This document shows positions 1 to 11,129 of a DNA stretch of 64,000 bases, in pieces. Position 1 is the first letter of the stretch. Each line of letters begins with the position of its first letter. Below the pieces are notes generated by a model. That model was given only the letters and a program-made list of their open reading frames with translations, made no database searches and was not told the origin of the DNA. The stretch is from Candidatus Cloacimonadales bacterium (GTDB lineage: Bacteria > Cloacimonadota > Cloacimonadia > Cloacimonadales > JAIOQZ01), in assembly GCA_963662655.2 (NCBI GenBank), contig CAXXTU010000002.1:3200001-3264000 (forward strand), written 5' to 3'. The position numbers and the translations under genes are program-made.

Positions 1-1104
1 AGTTTGTACATAAACGGAGAGCTTCAGGGCACCACTGACCTTACTGCCATTCCTAACTGGGGTGAAAAAAATCTGATGTTCGGTTCGTCTGAGTACTACG
101 GCGGTTACTTCCCGGGGCAAATGGATGAGGTTAGGTACTGGAATATCTGCCTTAGCCAAGATCAGATTCAAGCACAGCGTCACCGTATTTTCACCAGCCA
201 CGTTGATGGCCTTGTGGCCTACTGGCAGTTTAACCAGGAAGGTGATACCGTTATAGAACCAATCAGCGGTATAGATGGCCAAATCGAAGAAGCCGGTAGC
301 GGAAACCGTGTCCCATCAACTATCCCGGCTGGGTATGGCAACAGCTTTGTTCGACAAGAAGTAGAAGCCGGGATTAATTTCCCCGATACAGAGGCGTATC
401 TTACTATCCATAGTACTCCTGGTGGAACCTGCACCTTTACTCACCTACACGTTACCCCTAACCAGGTTACTGATGAACCGGACACAGTGTTTGGTAACGA
501 GTACTGGATTTTTGACCGTTACGGGTCTGTAAATGGGTTTGAGGCTGATTTAACATTAACCTCTGAAACCGCACTAACGGATGAAGACGAGCAGGATCCC
601 TGCCGCATTGCTTTGTTTACCAGAGCCTGTAATGCCGATTCTGCCTGGGTGTACCTGTGTTCAGCTTTTGAAGTTGATGCAGAAGATGCCTCTGCTACTT
701 TCAGTAACATATCCCAAGAAGGTCAATTTTTAATGGCGCGCTGGGTACAACAGATAGACACACCACAAGACATTCGTGTGTGTGTGTGGAATGACAGCTT
801 GCAGATTAGCTGGGATGCGGTTGCGGGAGCTACCTTCTACCACGTGTATGGCGCAATATCGCTAAACGATGAGTTCGTAAATGTTAGTGAAACCGGCTAC
901 TTTGGTAACGGGCAAAGCTTTGTCAGGAAACAAATGCCAAGCAGGGGGCTGGTCGGCCTGCCACAAATACAGACCACAAACACCGCCAGAACCGCCAGTG
1001 CAAGTAATGGCCATGGCAGAGACACCACCCGCCAGCGTTGTACCTGGAGCACAACGCTTGATTGTACATCCCGATTTTTTTATGTAAAAGCCATAAAACA
1101 GTAA
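1..1104 (+). CDS. LamG-like jellyroll domain secreted protein, 5'-truncated by the window edge, with FN3-like C-terminal domain
   Basis: Open from base 1. LamG_3-like motifs (LYING..., F.GQMDEVRYWN, LVAYWQFN). C-terminus DTPQDIRV..LQISWDAVAGATFYHVY...RFFYVKA. Confidence 0.75.
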   Translation, partial: SLYINGELQGTTDLTAIPNWGEKNLMFGSSEYYGGYFPGQMDEVRYWNICLSQDQIQAQRHRIFTSHVDGLVAYWQFNQEGDTVIEPISGIDGQIEEAGSGNRVPSTIPAGYGNSFVRQEVEAGINFPDTEAYLTIHSTPGGTCTFTHLHVTPNQVTDEPDTVFGNEYWIFDRYGSVNGFEADLTLTSETALTDEDEQDPCRIALFTRACNADSAWVYLCSAFEVDAEDASATFSNISQEGQFLMARWVQQIDTPQDIRVCVWNDSLQISWDAVAGATFYHVYGAISLNDEFVNVSETGYFGNGQSFVRKQMPSRGLVGLPQIQTTNTARTASASNGHGRDTTRQRCTWSTTLDCTSRFFYVKAIKQ

Positions 1105-1201
1105 CGGGTTTTTATAAGAAGGCAAGCAGCACCGAATGATCGTACAGCGCTATAGGATACTTGCACCGCCTGAATACTTTGAAAAGATGAAGAAGCACGA
1201 G

Positions 1202-1254
1202 AAAAAAACCGATCCGGGAAGGCGGGGAGATTTCGCTCTCCCTCCTTTCGGATC
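1202..1254 (-). terminator. Intrinsic terminator for minus-strand genes
   Basis: Imperfect GC-rich stem GATCCGGGAAGGCGGGGAGA/TCTCCCTCCTTTCGGATC preceded on + by an A run, which is a U tail on the minus strand. Confidence 0.6.
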
Positions 1255-1393
1255 ATATGACTCTAACCGGATAACTCTCATTTAGGGCGGTTTTCGATTC
1301 AGATGTCGTATTCCGTTTAATCGAAAAACGCAGGATACTACAACAAACTGGATCATAAACGATATGGGTATACGTCATTTCTATCGTGAAATG

Positions 1394-1525
1394 AGAAGTG
1401 GCTCCGGTAGTATGGACAGAAATCCGTCATGTATAAGTGGAATCTTGCCGGTGATGATGTCATGCAGCATCGGGTAGATGCTCCGAGCTTTTTCGATACA
1501 TTTCGTCGGACGTGGCCGTGTGGGC
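1394..1525 (-). mobile_element. Diverged right-end remnant of an IS3-family element
   Basis: AGAAGTGGCTCCGGTAGTATGGACAGAAATCCG...GATACATTTCGT aligns with 2964-3077. It includes the last codons of the transposase (EMYR...EHLPDAA*). Confidence 0.8.
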
Positions 1526-1567
1526 CGACCTGCTCGCAGGCGAATCCGATGACGATACAATCGACAG

Positions 1568-1798
1568 CTACACCTCCCATGAACTGATTGTAACTGCTTC
1601 CGTTACCGTACCACGATGCTCAATAACATAGAATTGTCCCATTATCCAATACGCGATACCAGCATGTCCAAAAAAGGAGGCTAATCCTGGACCTTCTCGA
1701 TAAAGGGCATGACCATATCCTGGTTGTGGAAGAGGTTGAGCTAAGCAGGCAATACTGATTGCTAGAATGATGCAAGCTAGAAATATGGTTTTTCTCAT
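1568..1798 (-). pseudogene. N-terminal fragment of a secreted protein, probably truncated by the IS remnant
   Basis: Signal peptide MRKTIFLACIILAISIACLA. ATGA overlap with the upstream gene. Ends abruptly next to the IS-derived sequence. Confidence 0.5.
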
Positions 1799-2937
1799 TT
1801 CTCACCTTCATACTCACTATACTCCCGATGGAACTGAAGCATAGATTCGCTATGCCAACCTGATTTATCCTTTAGATAGTTCACTGATAGTTGTCCTTCT
1901 CGCTGTACTTCATCATCTTTCCGAAGTTTAAGCACTTCGTGCACCATCTCAGGATTAAAGTGCATATCTCCAATTCTGATAGCTTTTAAGCCATAGATAA
2001 TGATTTCATCACTATGATCTTGCTTAGCAGAAAGCATCCATCTGACCGCTGCCTGGGATGGCCACAATTTTAAAGAAATGTCTGCGTGCTTGTGACCTTC
2101 AAATGATGTAGGACCATACCCAAACCTGCCAAGGTTGTCAATGAAAGACATTACTGCTTGCATTGTATTCATTTTCCCCATTCTTTCGAGAATCTCCAAG
2201 TATACAGTCATGGAGTCTGTATTCTGTGCTATCTCACTAAATGTCCTGAGATAATCCCATTCCGGAGTGAGTTCAATGTACCGAATGGCGAGCCTAAGCA
2301 TATTGTCTTGATAATCATATGGGCTGTGGATTACATCACTAATATATCGGTCGAACTCCTGACTACCAGAAGATCTGAGTGCAAAAACGAGAGAAGGCAG
2401 TAGTTCAGAAGAATCCGTTTGCTCAACCAGTTGAATTATTCTTTGTTGAACCAGAGGAGTTTTCCAAGAGAGGCTTGAGACAGCACTCCTTCTGTAGATG
2501 TCTTGTTCATCAGTATCTGATGCAATATTCAACAGAATTTCCTGTAGATCATTATATTTCTTATCCCCTTGCTTGATTCTTTGTTCTGCGATGCAAAGAA
2601 AATAATACCTGAAATGTCTATTAAATTCCTTACAACCAATAATATACAGAAGTTCATCTTCATATGGTTTTTCATTCCATTTCTCAATCAATGGTTCAAT
2701 CAAGAGCATCCCACTTCCGCTAAATTCTTCAGGGTCCAACGAAAGCTCGTATGTAAACTCGAAAAGCTCCTCTAAATCCAGTGATTCAAGAAAGCTGCGA
2801 TCCTGCAAGAATTTCTCTGTGTAATATTTGCTGTTTATCCTGTCGAAATCTAGCGTCACTGTCTTTTTCTGATCAGTGCAAGACAGCAAGTGTGCCATTA
2901 AAACTAGCACTGTGAGAAAGACAACTCTTCTTTTCAT
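1795..2937 (-). CDS. Lipoprotein, alpha-helical/HEAT-repeat-like, unknown function
   Basis: 380-aa ORF, GGAGG RBS, lipobox LLSC, helical repeat pattern (RRSAVSSL, LVFAL). Visibly AT-rich. Confidence 0.7.
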   Translation of the reverse strand: MKRRVVFLTVLVLMAHLLSCTDQKKTVTLDFDRINSKYYTEKFLQDRSFLESLDLEELFEFTYELSLDPEEFSGSGMLLIEPLIEKWNEKPYEDELLYIIGCKEFNRHFRYYFLCIAEQRIKQGDKKYNDLQEILLNIASDTDEQDIYRRSAVSSLSWKTPLVQQRIIQLVEQTDSSELLPSLVFALRSSGSQEFDRYISDVIHSPYDYQDNMLRLAIRYIELTPEWDYLRTFSEIAQNTDSMTVYLEILERMGKMNTMQAVMSFIDNLGRFGYGPTSFEGHKHADISLKLWPSQAAVRWMLSAKQDHSDEIIIYGLKAIRIGDMHFNPEMVHEVLKLRKDDEVQREGQLSVNYLKDKSGWHSESMLQFHREYSEYEGEK

Positions 2938-2963
2938 TCATCCTCCATAGGTTTGTAATTGGT

Positions 2964-3670
2964 AGAAGAGGCTCCGTTAGTTTGGACAGAAATCCGCATT
3001 GTATTAAGTGGAACCTTGCCGGTGATGATGTCATGCTGCATCGGGTAGATGCTCCGAGTCTTCTCGATACATTTCGTTGGGTGTGCAGCCACCGTGAGCC
3101 GAGTGTGGTCGCATCTGGTTATAGAAGTCCAGATATTTCTGCAGTGATCCTCTCGCGTCGCTGATACTGTCGTACGCCTTCAGATAAACCTCCTCGTACT
3201 TGATTGTCTTCCAAAGCCGCTCCACAAAGACGTTGTCCCGCCAGCAACCCTTGCCGTCCATACTGATCGAAACGCCATTTTCCTTGAGCAAAACCGGTAA
3301 ATTTAGCGCTCGTGAACTGACTGCCCTGATCCGTGTTGAATATCTCCGGGCAACCATGTATTTGCATCGCCTTCACGTCGGGTTAGCTGTCCTTGTCCTT
3401 ACGCGGACCACCGAACACCTGGGAAGCGTTGTCCAGCATCTGCTGTTTCCAGTCCGATATCTGGTTGGGATGTACGTCGAATTGTTCTGCAAGTTCGGCA
3501 AGCGTCCGGTCGCCCTTGAGCGCGGCCAGAGCCACTTTCGCCTTGAATTTCGCCGAGTGATACCGTCGTGGTCTTCTCATTCGCTTACTCCTTAAACACA
3601 CACTCTCTCTTTGATCAATCGGAGCAAGATTTCCACTTATACGCAAGTCCTAATTTCCGTGACCACTTCT
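2964..3670 (-). mobile_element. Internally deleted IS3-family element (about 0.7 kb)
   Basis: orfA 3383-3580 (HSAKFKAKVALAALKGDRTLAELAEQFDVHPNQISDWK). orfB fragments FNTDQGSQFTS and MDGKGCWRDNVFVERLWKTIKYEEVYL lie in different frames. Imperfect terminal IRs AGAAG(T/A)GG...TAAGTGGAA. The N-terminal half of orfB is missing. Confidence 0.88.
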
Positions 3671-4335
3671 GACTGGCGCATCGATAAAAAGGGATTTCAA
3701 ACGCCCTGGAAGCAAAAACATTGAATCGAGAAAATGATCTTGACAAAGCAGCGGCATAAATCTCAGATAAACTCAAGTCGTGTCTCAATTGTTACGTTGC
3801 TGAAAATCTTGGACATGGATTTTGAGATAATTGATGATGTCCTTGGAGGATGGGTTGAGAATATCTGTATTTCGGTTGACTCTCGCCTTGGAAGCCGCTC
3901 CCTGCAAACCTGTAGGGTGGAGTAGTTCCGGAAACGCGAGACCTTGTTGAACCTCCTCAGAGGATATTCGACCTATGCGCTTTTCGAAGTGTTGGGAACC
4001 GTAGTTTTGGATATGGAGAAATGGCTTGAGAAAACCTTTCGCGTCCTGGAATCCAACTCGTGAAGAGAAGAGGTGATCCATTTATATATCTTATCGGTCT
4101 TGTAATAACACTTTTACAGAACCATGTTCTACGCCACATCGGACAAAACAATTACTTCCCACGCTATAAACTGAATCGCAAATCAGACTCACTGCAGAAT
4201 GTGGGCATCAACCTCACATCGAAGCTAACTATATATAGAATCGTAAAATCGAAACTGGCAAGCCAACGCATGTTCTCAAACCATCACATCGTATTCCTTT
4301 AATTGGGTGCGATACATAAACAGAGGGGACGTACC

Positions 4336-7300
4336 ATGAAAAACAGGAAGTTTTCTATATTATTGAGTGTTATGGCCTTGGCCATGTTGTTGAGTGTAAC
4401 GAGTCTTTCCGCGGAGACAATTCATGTCGATGCCAGCGCGTCTGGAAGAGAGACAGGGGAATCCTGGACGGATGCATTTACTTCTTTGCACACTGCATTG
4501 AATTCGGCGGTTTCAGGAGATCAAATCTGGGTTGTGGAAGGCGTTTATTACGCCACAAGCAGTTTTATGCTCAGCTCGGGCGTGGAAGTCTACGGTGGCT
4601 TTGCTGGAACGGAAACGCTACTGACTGAAAGGGACTGGCAGGCAAATCAAACGATTCTAAGCGGCGATATCGGGCAGGATGATGTGAACGACGACGGTAA
4701 CTGGATTACCGAAAGCTGGGATCAGCAGGTCGGAACGAATGCTGATCATGTGGTTGTCGCTCCATATGGTGTGGACAGTACAGCAAGATTGGATGGTTTT
4801 ATCGTAACTGCCGGTTCTGGAACCACCTATTACGGTGGTGGCGGGATATTGAACTGGTATAGCTCACCCAGTTACTATAACTTGGAGATAAGGGGCAACC
4901 AGGGGCAAACGTATGGCGGCGGAATGCTGAATGCCAGCTCGTCACCACATGTAGAAAACGTTCTAATCGATGGCAACCGGTTGATAAACTATCTCTCGAT
5001 TGGTTATGGTGGAGGCATGTACAACTTATATGGAGGAAGCCCTTCTATAATCAATGTCCATTTTAACAATAATCTGGCATCTGCGGGGGGAGGATATGCT
5101 GGTGAAGATGTAAATCCATCTTTTGACAATGTTGTTTTCAGCAATAACATCAGCACTGGAGCTGGGGGAGGTGGCGTATATCTCAAAGATCAGTCAAGCG
5201 CAACCATGAATAATACCACTTTCAGATATAATCAGGCTTTTTCGGGAGGAGGTTTGTATCATGTAGGTGGTGGGACGCTAACACTTAGCAACGTAGCCTT
5301 CATTGAAAACACAGTCCTTTCCAGTGAAATTATAAATTGCGGCGGTGGATTGGAAGCTGCCTATGGGGTGACGGTTGATGCTGTAAATGTTTCCATCATA
5401 GGCAATACAGCAGCGGACAATGGCGGAGGCGTAAGCTTCACAGACAATTCTATAGGAACCTTCACAAATTGCCTATTTATCGGCAATCGATCTGTTGGAG
5501 GGACGATTGGCGGAGTGAGAGCATGCTGGGGATCCACAGTCACACTAACCAATACTACTTTCAATGGTAATCGTGCATCAGGCACAGGTGGAGCTTTCGG
5601 AACCGATTGGGGAGCGAACGCAATATCAGCCACAAATAGTATTATATGGGGTAATTATCCTGATCAGGTTCGCGGATCAGGAATATCCATTAGTTATAGT
5701 AATGTCCAAATGGACAGTGGTGTTTATGCAGGAACAGGCAATATCAATTGCAATCCCCTGTTCCTTGAGGCGGTTGACCCACTGGAAGCTCCCACCACCG
5801 GTGGCGATCTGAGAATCAATGGAATATCCCCTTGTGTGGATGCCGGTGAGAATAGTTTTAATTCAGAAGCGCTGGACTTCCGCGGTCAAGCCCGGATTCA
5901 GAACTCGACGATTGACATGGGAGCTTATGAGTGGACCGATGGAATCGATCCGTCTTTTCAGGTCATTTATGTGAATGCTATGGCGGATGGCAATAACGAT
6001 GGTTCAAGCTGGGTCGACGCCTTTAATTCATTGCAATCGGGACTCGATGCAGCCATTTCTGGAAATCATATCTGGGTAGCAAAAGGAACCTATGTTCCAG
6101 AAGATTCTTATGATTTAATCAATACACCTCGCAATTATCACTTCAGAATGATTGAAGGCGTTGAGATCTACGGTGGATTCTCTGGTACGGAAACTTCCAG
6201 CAATCAAAGAACCTGTTACGGGGTTGGAGAAGAAAACGAAACAATACTCAGTGGTGATTTGAATGGTGATGATGTAGTCAGCGGAACCGGGGAAACGCTC
6301 GCCTTTTCGAACTACACGGATAACTGTTTTCATGTAATCTACAATCCGGATCCTTTGACATCAACAAGCCTATTGAATGGATTCTCCGTAAGAGGTGGAA
6401 ACGCCGATGGCACAAATCCTCACAATAGCGGTTCCGGGATTTACAACTTCCACGCATCTCCTTCATTAACGAATGTGATTTTGATAGAAAATCAGGGGAT
6501 CTATGGAGGCGGTATTTATAATCAGGACGCTTCTCCAGTCGTCACCAATTGCATCATCTATCGTAATATTGCTCAAAATGGTGCAGGATCTGAAAATGAG
6601 ACATCTTCACCGGTTTTTATCAACACAACCATTGTAATGAATCTGGCAACGAATGCTGGCGGTGGATTGAATAACCATCTGAACGCCACCCCAACCTTCA
6701 ATAATTGCATCATTTGGGGAAATCATGCTCTCACCGGGAATCAGATGTATATATCTGGAGGTGGTACGACCACACTTAATTATTCCTGCTACTCCAGTCA
6801 GGATAATGATGTTATAATGAGCGGTGCGACCTTTTTCGCGGATAATAACAATACCACGGAAAATCCGGACTTTTGGGATGCTACAATCGGTGATTTCCGA
6901 CTTTGGGAAAACTCCCCCGCAGTCGATAACGGTCTGAACAGTTATAACAGAACATCAACCGATGTGCGTGGTCAAGCCAGAATCCAAAACACCACAATCG
7001 ATATGGGCGCTTACGAGTGGACACTTGGCGTCGATCCATACAGTATCGCTGGAATCCTATATGTCGATATCAATGCCGTGGGAGCGAACAATGGAGCAAG
7101 CTGGATGGATGCCTTTACCTCTCTGCAATCAGCGCTTGATATTGCCATACCCGGAGATCAAATCTGGGTGGCAAAGGGAACATATATTCCAAGTTCTTCT
7201 TACAATCTGACGAATACCCCCCGCTATTATCATTTCAGGATGATGGAAGGGGTCGAAATTTACGGCGGATTTTCCGGTACGGAAACTTCCATGGATGAAA

Positions 7301-10300
7301 GAACGAATTTCGGAATGGGAGACGAAAACGAAACCATTTTAAGCGGTGATCGATTCGGGGACGACATTGTAAGCGGAAGTGGAGAGACGCTGACTTTCTC
7401 CAACAATTCGGAAAACTGCTATCATGTAATCTACAATCCGGATCCTTTGACCACCGCAAGTGTTTTGAATGGTTTTACCGTGAAGGGTGGGCACGGAAAT
7501 GGAACAGACTCTTTTGACAGGGGTTCTGGCTTTTTCAATTCCGGGGCTTCGCCATCCATCACAAACGTTACTGTTACAGCGAATGAAGGTGATTACGGGG
7601 GCGGTGTCTGTAATTACAATGCATCTCCCATTATCACGAATTGCTTGATCTTTGGCAACAAGACCACGAATAACAGCGCTGGAATCGAGAACTCTACTTC
7701 ATCTTCACCTGTACTGACAAACACAACGATTGCAATGAATGTAGCCATGTATTACGGTGGCGGCATGTTGAATTACAACAATTGCTCTCCAGTTCTGCAA
7801 AACTGTATTGTCTGGGGAAATCTTGCAACGACCGGTAATCAGATGTACCTGATGGGTGGCGGCACAACGACTTTGAACAATTCATGCTACGCAAATGGCA
7901 CGAATGATGTGGTACTTGCAAGTGGTTCAGACATTCTTGATGCAACGACGAACAACATTTCTGTTGATCCTCTATTCATTAGCGCTGAAACCGGTGACTT
8001 GAGAATCGATGGCTCTTCTTCATGCGTGGATACCGGAGACAACAGCTACAACAGCGAATCCTGTGACATCCGAGGACAGGATCGCATTCAGAATACAACG
8101 ATTGATATGGGTGCATACGAGTGGACAGTCGGCGTTGATCCGCCCCTTCAGGTCATCTTCGTGGATATTCTTGCCGGTGGAAACAATGACGGTTCATGCT
8201 GGTTTGACGCTTACACTTCGCTTCAATCAGCTTTGAATGAAGCGGTTTCGGGTGATCATATCTGGGTGGCAAAAGGAACGTACAAACCAGAATATGACTA
8301 TGGATTAGGTGGTGGTTCCCGTTATTATCATTTCAGAATGGTGGAAGGAACTGAAATATATGGTGGGTTTGCCGGAACCGAGACTGGGGTCGACCAGAGA
8401 ACCAATTATGGTTTTGAAGAGGCAAATGAAACAATCCTAAGCGGTGATTTGAATGATAATGATGATTTTGATGTAACCAATGGTGGTTATCAGGGTACTA
8501 GCGGAAATGATAACTGCTATCATGTATTCTATCACCCAGACGGAATGAATCTAACAAATTCTGCCTTGCTTGACGGATTTACAATAACGGGTGGAAATGC
8601 AAACGAAGGGAGCAATCCTCATAACAGAGGAGGTGCATTTTACGTGTTCTCCTCCTCGCCAGTCATCAGGAAGGTGAATTTTGATTCAAATAAAGCAGAA
8701 AGCATTGGCGGCGCTGTATATATGTATAACAGTATGTCGTTCCTGGAAAATGTCTCATTTTCCAACAATATCTCATCAAATAGCGGTGGAGGCGTATACG
8801 TTTACAACGGTTCTCCAGAATTTGGTTGCTTGAGTTTTGCATCGAATTATGCGTACAATGCAGGTGCAATATATTTCAGAGAAACAACAGCGTCAATTCG
8901 GAACGCGATATTCACCGGTAACAACTCGGCTACTGACGGTGGCGCTTTATCTACGCACTCATCTTCGCTTACGATCGCCAACACGTTGTTTTCTTCTAAC
9001 ACGACGACCAATAATGGTGGAGCCATTATCTTCTACTCCAGTTCAGTCCAGTATGATGCCGTTTTGAATAACGTAACCATTTCTGAGAATCATGCCGGAC
9101 TGTCCGGAGGCGGTATCAGGTTTGCATCGGACAATGTGGCATCAACGTTAACCATCAATAATTGCGTTATCTGGAATAACACGGCAACGAGTTCTGGGAA
9201 TGAACTATCGTTGGTCAGCACCGGTTCAACAACTATAAGCTATTCCTGTTACAAGAATCTCGTCAATGACGTTGAAACATTGAATGGAATCCTCGACGCG
9301 ACCAATAACAACATCACGATTGACCCTCTTTTTATCGATGCCTTCACGCAGGATTTCCGATTGCTGGGCTGCTCACCTGCAGTCAATAGCGGTCTGAACA
9401 GTTATAACAGAACATCAACCGATGTGCGTGGTCAAGCCAGAATCCAAAACACCACAATCGATATGGGCGCTTACGAGTGGACACCTGGCGTCGATCCATA
9501 CAGTATCGCTGGAATCCTATATGTCGATATCAATGCCGTGGGAGCGAACAATGGAGCAAGCTGGATGGATGCCTTTACCTCTCTGCAATCAGCGCTTGAT
9601 ATTGCCATACCCGGAGATCAAATCTGGGTGGCAAAGGGAACATATATTCCAAGTTCTTCTTACAATCTGACGAATACCCCCCGCTATTATCATTTCAGGA
9701 TGATGGAAGGGGTCGAAATTTACGGCGGATTTTCCGGTACGGAAACTTCCATGGATGAAAGAACGAATTTCGGAATGGGAGACGAAAACGAAACCATTTT
9801 AAGCGGTGATCGATTCGGGGACGACATTGTAAGCGGAAGCGGAGAGACGCTGACTTTCTCCAACAATTCGGAAAACTGCTATCATGTAATCTACAATCCG
9901 GATCCTTTGACCACCGCAAGTGTTTTGAATGGTTTTACCGTGAAGGGTGGGCACGGAAATGGAACAGACTCTTTTGACAGGGGTTCTGGCGTTTTCAATT
10001 CCGGGGCTTCGCCATCCATCACAAACGTTTCTATTACAGCGAATGTAGGTGATTACGGGGGCGGTGTCTGTAATTACAACGCATCTCCCATTATCACGAA
10101 TTGCTTGATCTTTGGCAACAAGACCACGAATAACAGCGCAGGAATCGAGAACTCGACTTCCTCTTCTCCGGTACTGACAAACACAACGATTGCAATGAAT
10201 GTAGCCATGTATTACGGTGGCGGCATGTTGAATTACAACAATTGCTCTCCGGTTCTGCAAAACTGCATTGTCTGGGGAAATATAGCAACGACCGGTAATC

Positions 10301-10896
10301 AGATGTACCTGATGGGTGGCGGCACAACGACTTTGAACAATTCATGCTACGCAAATGGCACGAATGATGTGGTACTTGCAAGTGGTTCAGACATTCTTGA
10401 TGCAACGACGAACAACATTTCTGTTGATCCTCTATTCGTTAGCGCTGAAACCGGTGACTTGAGAATCGATGGCTCTTCTTCATGCGTGGATACCGGAGAC
10501 AACAACTACAACAGCGAATCCTGTGACATCCGAGGACAGGATCGCATTCAGAATACAACGATTGATATGGGTGCATACGAGTGGACAGTCGGCGTTGATC
10601 CCGGTGAATTGACAGCACCGGCGAATGTAACAATATCTGTCGGAGATAGCTCAATCCTGCTGAGTTGGGCTATAGTACCGAATGCTACGTCATTTATCAT
10701 TTATCGCTCGGAGTATCCTGACAGAGAATTTGTGCAGATCGGTACATCTGCGACGGAAAGCTACACGGACACAGAATTGCTGAGTGGATCCAGTTATTTC
10801 TATTTTGTTGTGGCAGCAAACCCCCTCCGAACTGATCAACAATGTGTAAACACCCGGCATCATCCCGGAGGAGGCAAACAAAAAGTTATCAAGTAA
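4336..10896 (+). CDS. Giant secreted right-handed beta-helix / choice-of-anchor Q repeat protein (5 modules) with FN3-like C-terminal domain
   Basis: Signal peptide. Five modules, each beginning I.VD..A.G...G.SW.DAF.SL and ending RGQ.RIQN.TIDMGAYEW. GGG-rich, Pmp-like beta-helix repeats. ATG at 4336 follows GAGGGG. Confidence 0.88.
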   Translation: MKNRKFSILLSVMALAMLLSVTSLSAETIHVDASASGRETGESWTDAFTSLHTALNSAVSGDQIWVVEGVYYATSSFMLSSGVEVYGGFAGTETLLTERDWQANQTILSGDIGQDDVNDDGNWITESWDQQVGTNADHVVVAPYGVDSTARLDGFIVTAGSGTTYYGGGGILNWYSSPSYYNLEIRGNQGQTYGGGMLNASSSPHVENVLIDGNRLINYLSIGYGGGMYNLYGGSPSIINVHFNNNLASAGGGYAGEDVNPSFDNVVFSNNISTGAGGGGVYLKDQSSATMNNTTFRYNQAFSGGGLYHVGGGTLTLSNVAFIENTVLSSEIINCGGGLEAAYGVTVDAVNVSIIGNTAADNGGGVSFTDNSIGTFTNCLFIGNRSVGGTIGGVRACWGSTVTLTNTTFNGNRASGTGGAFGTDWGANAISATNSIIWGNYPDQVRGSGISISYSNVQMDSGVYAGTGNINCNPLFLEAVDPLEAPTTGGDLRINGISPCVDAGENSFNSEALDFRGQARIQNSTIDMGAYEWTDGIDPSFQVIYVNAMADGNNDGSSWVDAFNSLQSGLDAAISGNHIWVAKGTYVPEDSYDLINTPRNYHFRMIEGVEIYGGFSGTETSSNQRTCYGVGEENETILSGDLNGDDVVSGTGETLAFSNYTDNCFHVIYNPDPLTSTSLLNGFSVRGGNADGTNPHNSGSGIYNFHASPSLTNVILIENQGIYGGGIYNQDASPVVTNCIIYRNIAQNGAGSENETSSPVFINTTIVMNLATNAGGGLNNHLNATPTFNNCIIWGNHALTGNQMYISGGGTTTLNYSCYSSQDNDVIMSGATFFADNNNTTENPDFWDATIGDFRLWENSPAVDNGLNSYNRTSTDVRGQARIQNTTIDMGAYEWTLGVDPYSIAGILYVDINAVGANNGASWMDAFTSLQSALDIAIPGDQIWVAKGTYIPSSSYNLTNTPRYYHFRMMEGVEIYGGFSGTETSMDERTNFGMGDENETILSGDRFGDDIVSGSGETLTFSNNSENCYHVIYNPDPLTTASVLNGFTVKGGHGNGTDSFDRGSGFFNSGASPSITNVTVTANEGDYGGGVCNYNASPIITNCLIFGNKTTNNSAGIENSTSSSPVLTNTTIAMNVAMYYGGGMLNYNNCSPVLQNCIVWGNLATTGNQMYLMGGGTTTLNNSCYANGTNDVVLASGSDILDATTNNISVDPLFISAETGDLRIDGSSSCVDTGDNSYNSESCDIRGQDRIQNTTIDMGAYEWTVGVDPPLQVIFVDILAGGNNDGSCWFDAYTSLQSALNEAVSGDHIWVAKGTYKPEYDYGLGGGSRYYHFRMVEGTEIYGGFAGTETGVDQRTNYGFEEANETILSGDLNDNDDFDVTNGGYQGTSGNDNCYHVFYHPDGMNLTNSALLDGFTITGGNANEGSNPHNRGGAFYVFSSSPVIRKVNFDSNKAESIGGAVYMYNSMSFLENVSFSNNISSNSGGGVYVYNGSPEFGCLSFASNYAYNAGAIYFRETTASIRNAIFTGNNSATDGGALSTHSSSLTIANTLFSSNTTTNNGGAIIFYSSSVQYDAVLNNVTISENHAGLSGGGIRFASDNVASTLTINNCVIWNNTATSSGNELSLVSTGSTTISYSCYKNLVNDVETLNGILDATNNNITIDPLFIDAFTQDFRLLGCSPAVNSGLNSYNRTSTDVRGQARIQNTTIDMGAYEWTPGVDPYSIAGILYVDINAVGANNGASWMDAFTSLQSALDIAIPGDQIWVAKGTYIPSSSYNLTNTPRYYHFRMMEGVEIYGGFSGTETSMDERTNFGMGDENETILSGDRFGDDIVSGSGETLTFSNNSENCYHVIYNPDPLTTASVLNGFTVKGGHGNGTDSFDRGSGVFNSGASPSITNVSITANVGDYGGGVCNYNASPIITNCLIFGNKTTNNSAGIENSTSSSPVLTNTTIAMNVAMYYGGGMLNYNNCSPVLQNCIVWGNIATTGNQMYLMGGGTTTLNNSCYANGTNDVVLASGSDILDATTNNISVDPLFVSAETGDLRIDGSSSCVDTGDNNYNSESCDIRGQDRIQNTTIDMGAYEWTVGVDPGELTAPANVTISVGDSSILLSWAIVPNATSFIIYRSEYPDREFVQIGTSATESYTDTELLSGSSYFYFVVAANPLRTDQQCVNTRHHPGGGKQKVIK
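6931..8141 (+). repeat. About 1.2 kb intragenic direct repeat, copy 1 (copy 2 at 9391-10601)
   Basis: Ungapped alignment at offset 2460, with about 18 mismatches counted by eye. Confidence 0.95.
9391..10601 (+). repeat. About 1.2 kb intragenic direct repeat, copy 2
   Basis: Same as copy 1. Confidence 0.95.
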
Positions 10897-11129
10897 CTCG
10901 AACAAGGAATTGCACCTTGATTTTGATCGTCACCATGCCAATCATGTTGTCATGAACCAAAGATTAAGCCGCGGGTTGCTGAACACTTCCTTGAAGTGAA
11001 CGTCCCGTCGTGATTGGTAAAATTGCGATCAATATCATCTCCAACCAGATAGCTGATAAGACGGCAAGAAGATTCTGAGCACAGCTTGTTTTAGCGGACT
11101 TGTGCCGGGATGAATTCAAATTCTGCCCG

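Noticed and set aside
3785..4151. Minus-strand ORFs upstream of the giant gene
   Set aside because: No recognisable motif or RBS. They may be decayed coding DNA, but I cannot support a call.
4256..4270. TGGCAAGCCAACGCA as a sigma-54 promoter
   Set aside because: Spacing is GG-N9-GC rather than the strict N10.
6931..10601. Repeat pair as a diversity-generating retroelement TR/VR
   Set aside because: Mismatches are not adenine-specific, the repeat is far longer than a TR, both copies are coding, and there is no reverse transcriptase in the window.
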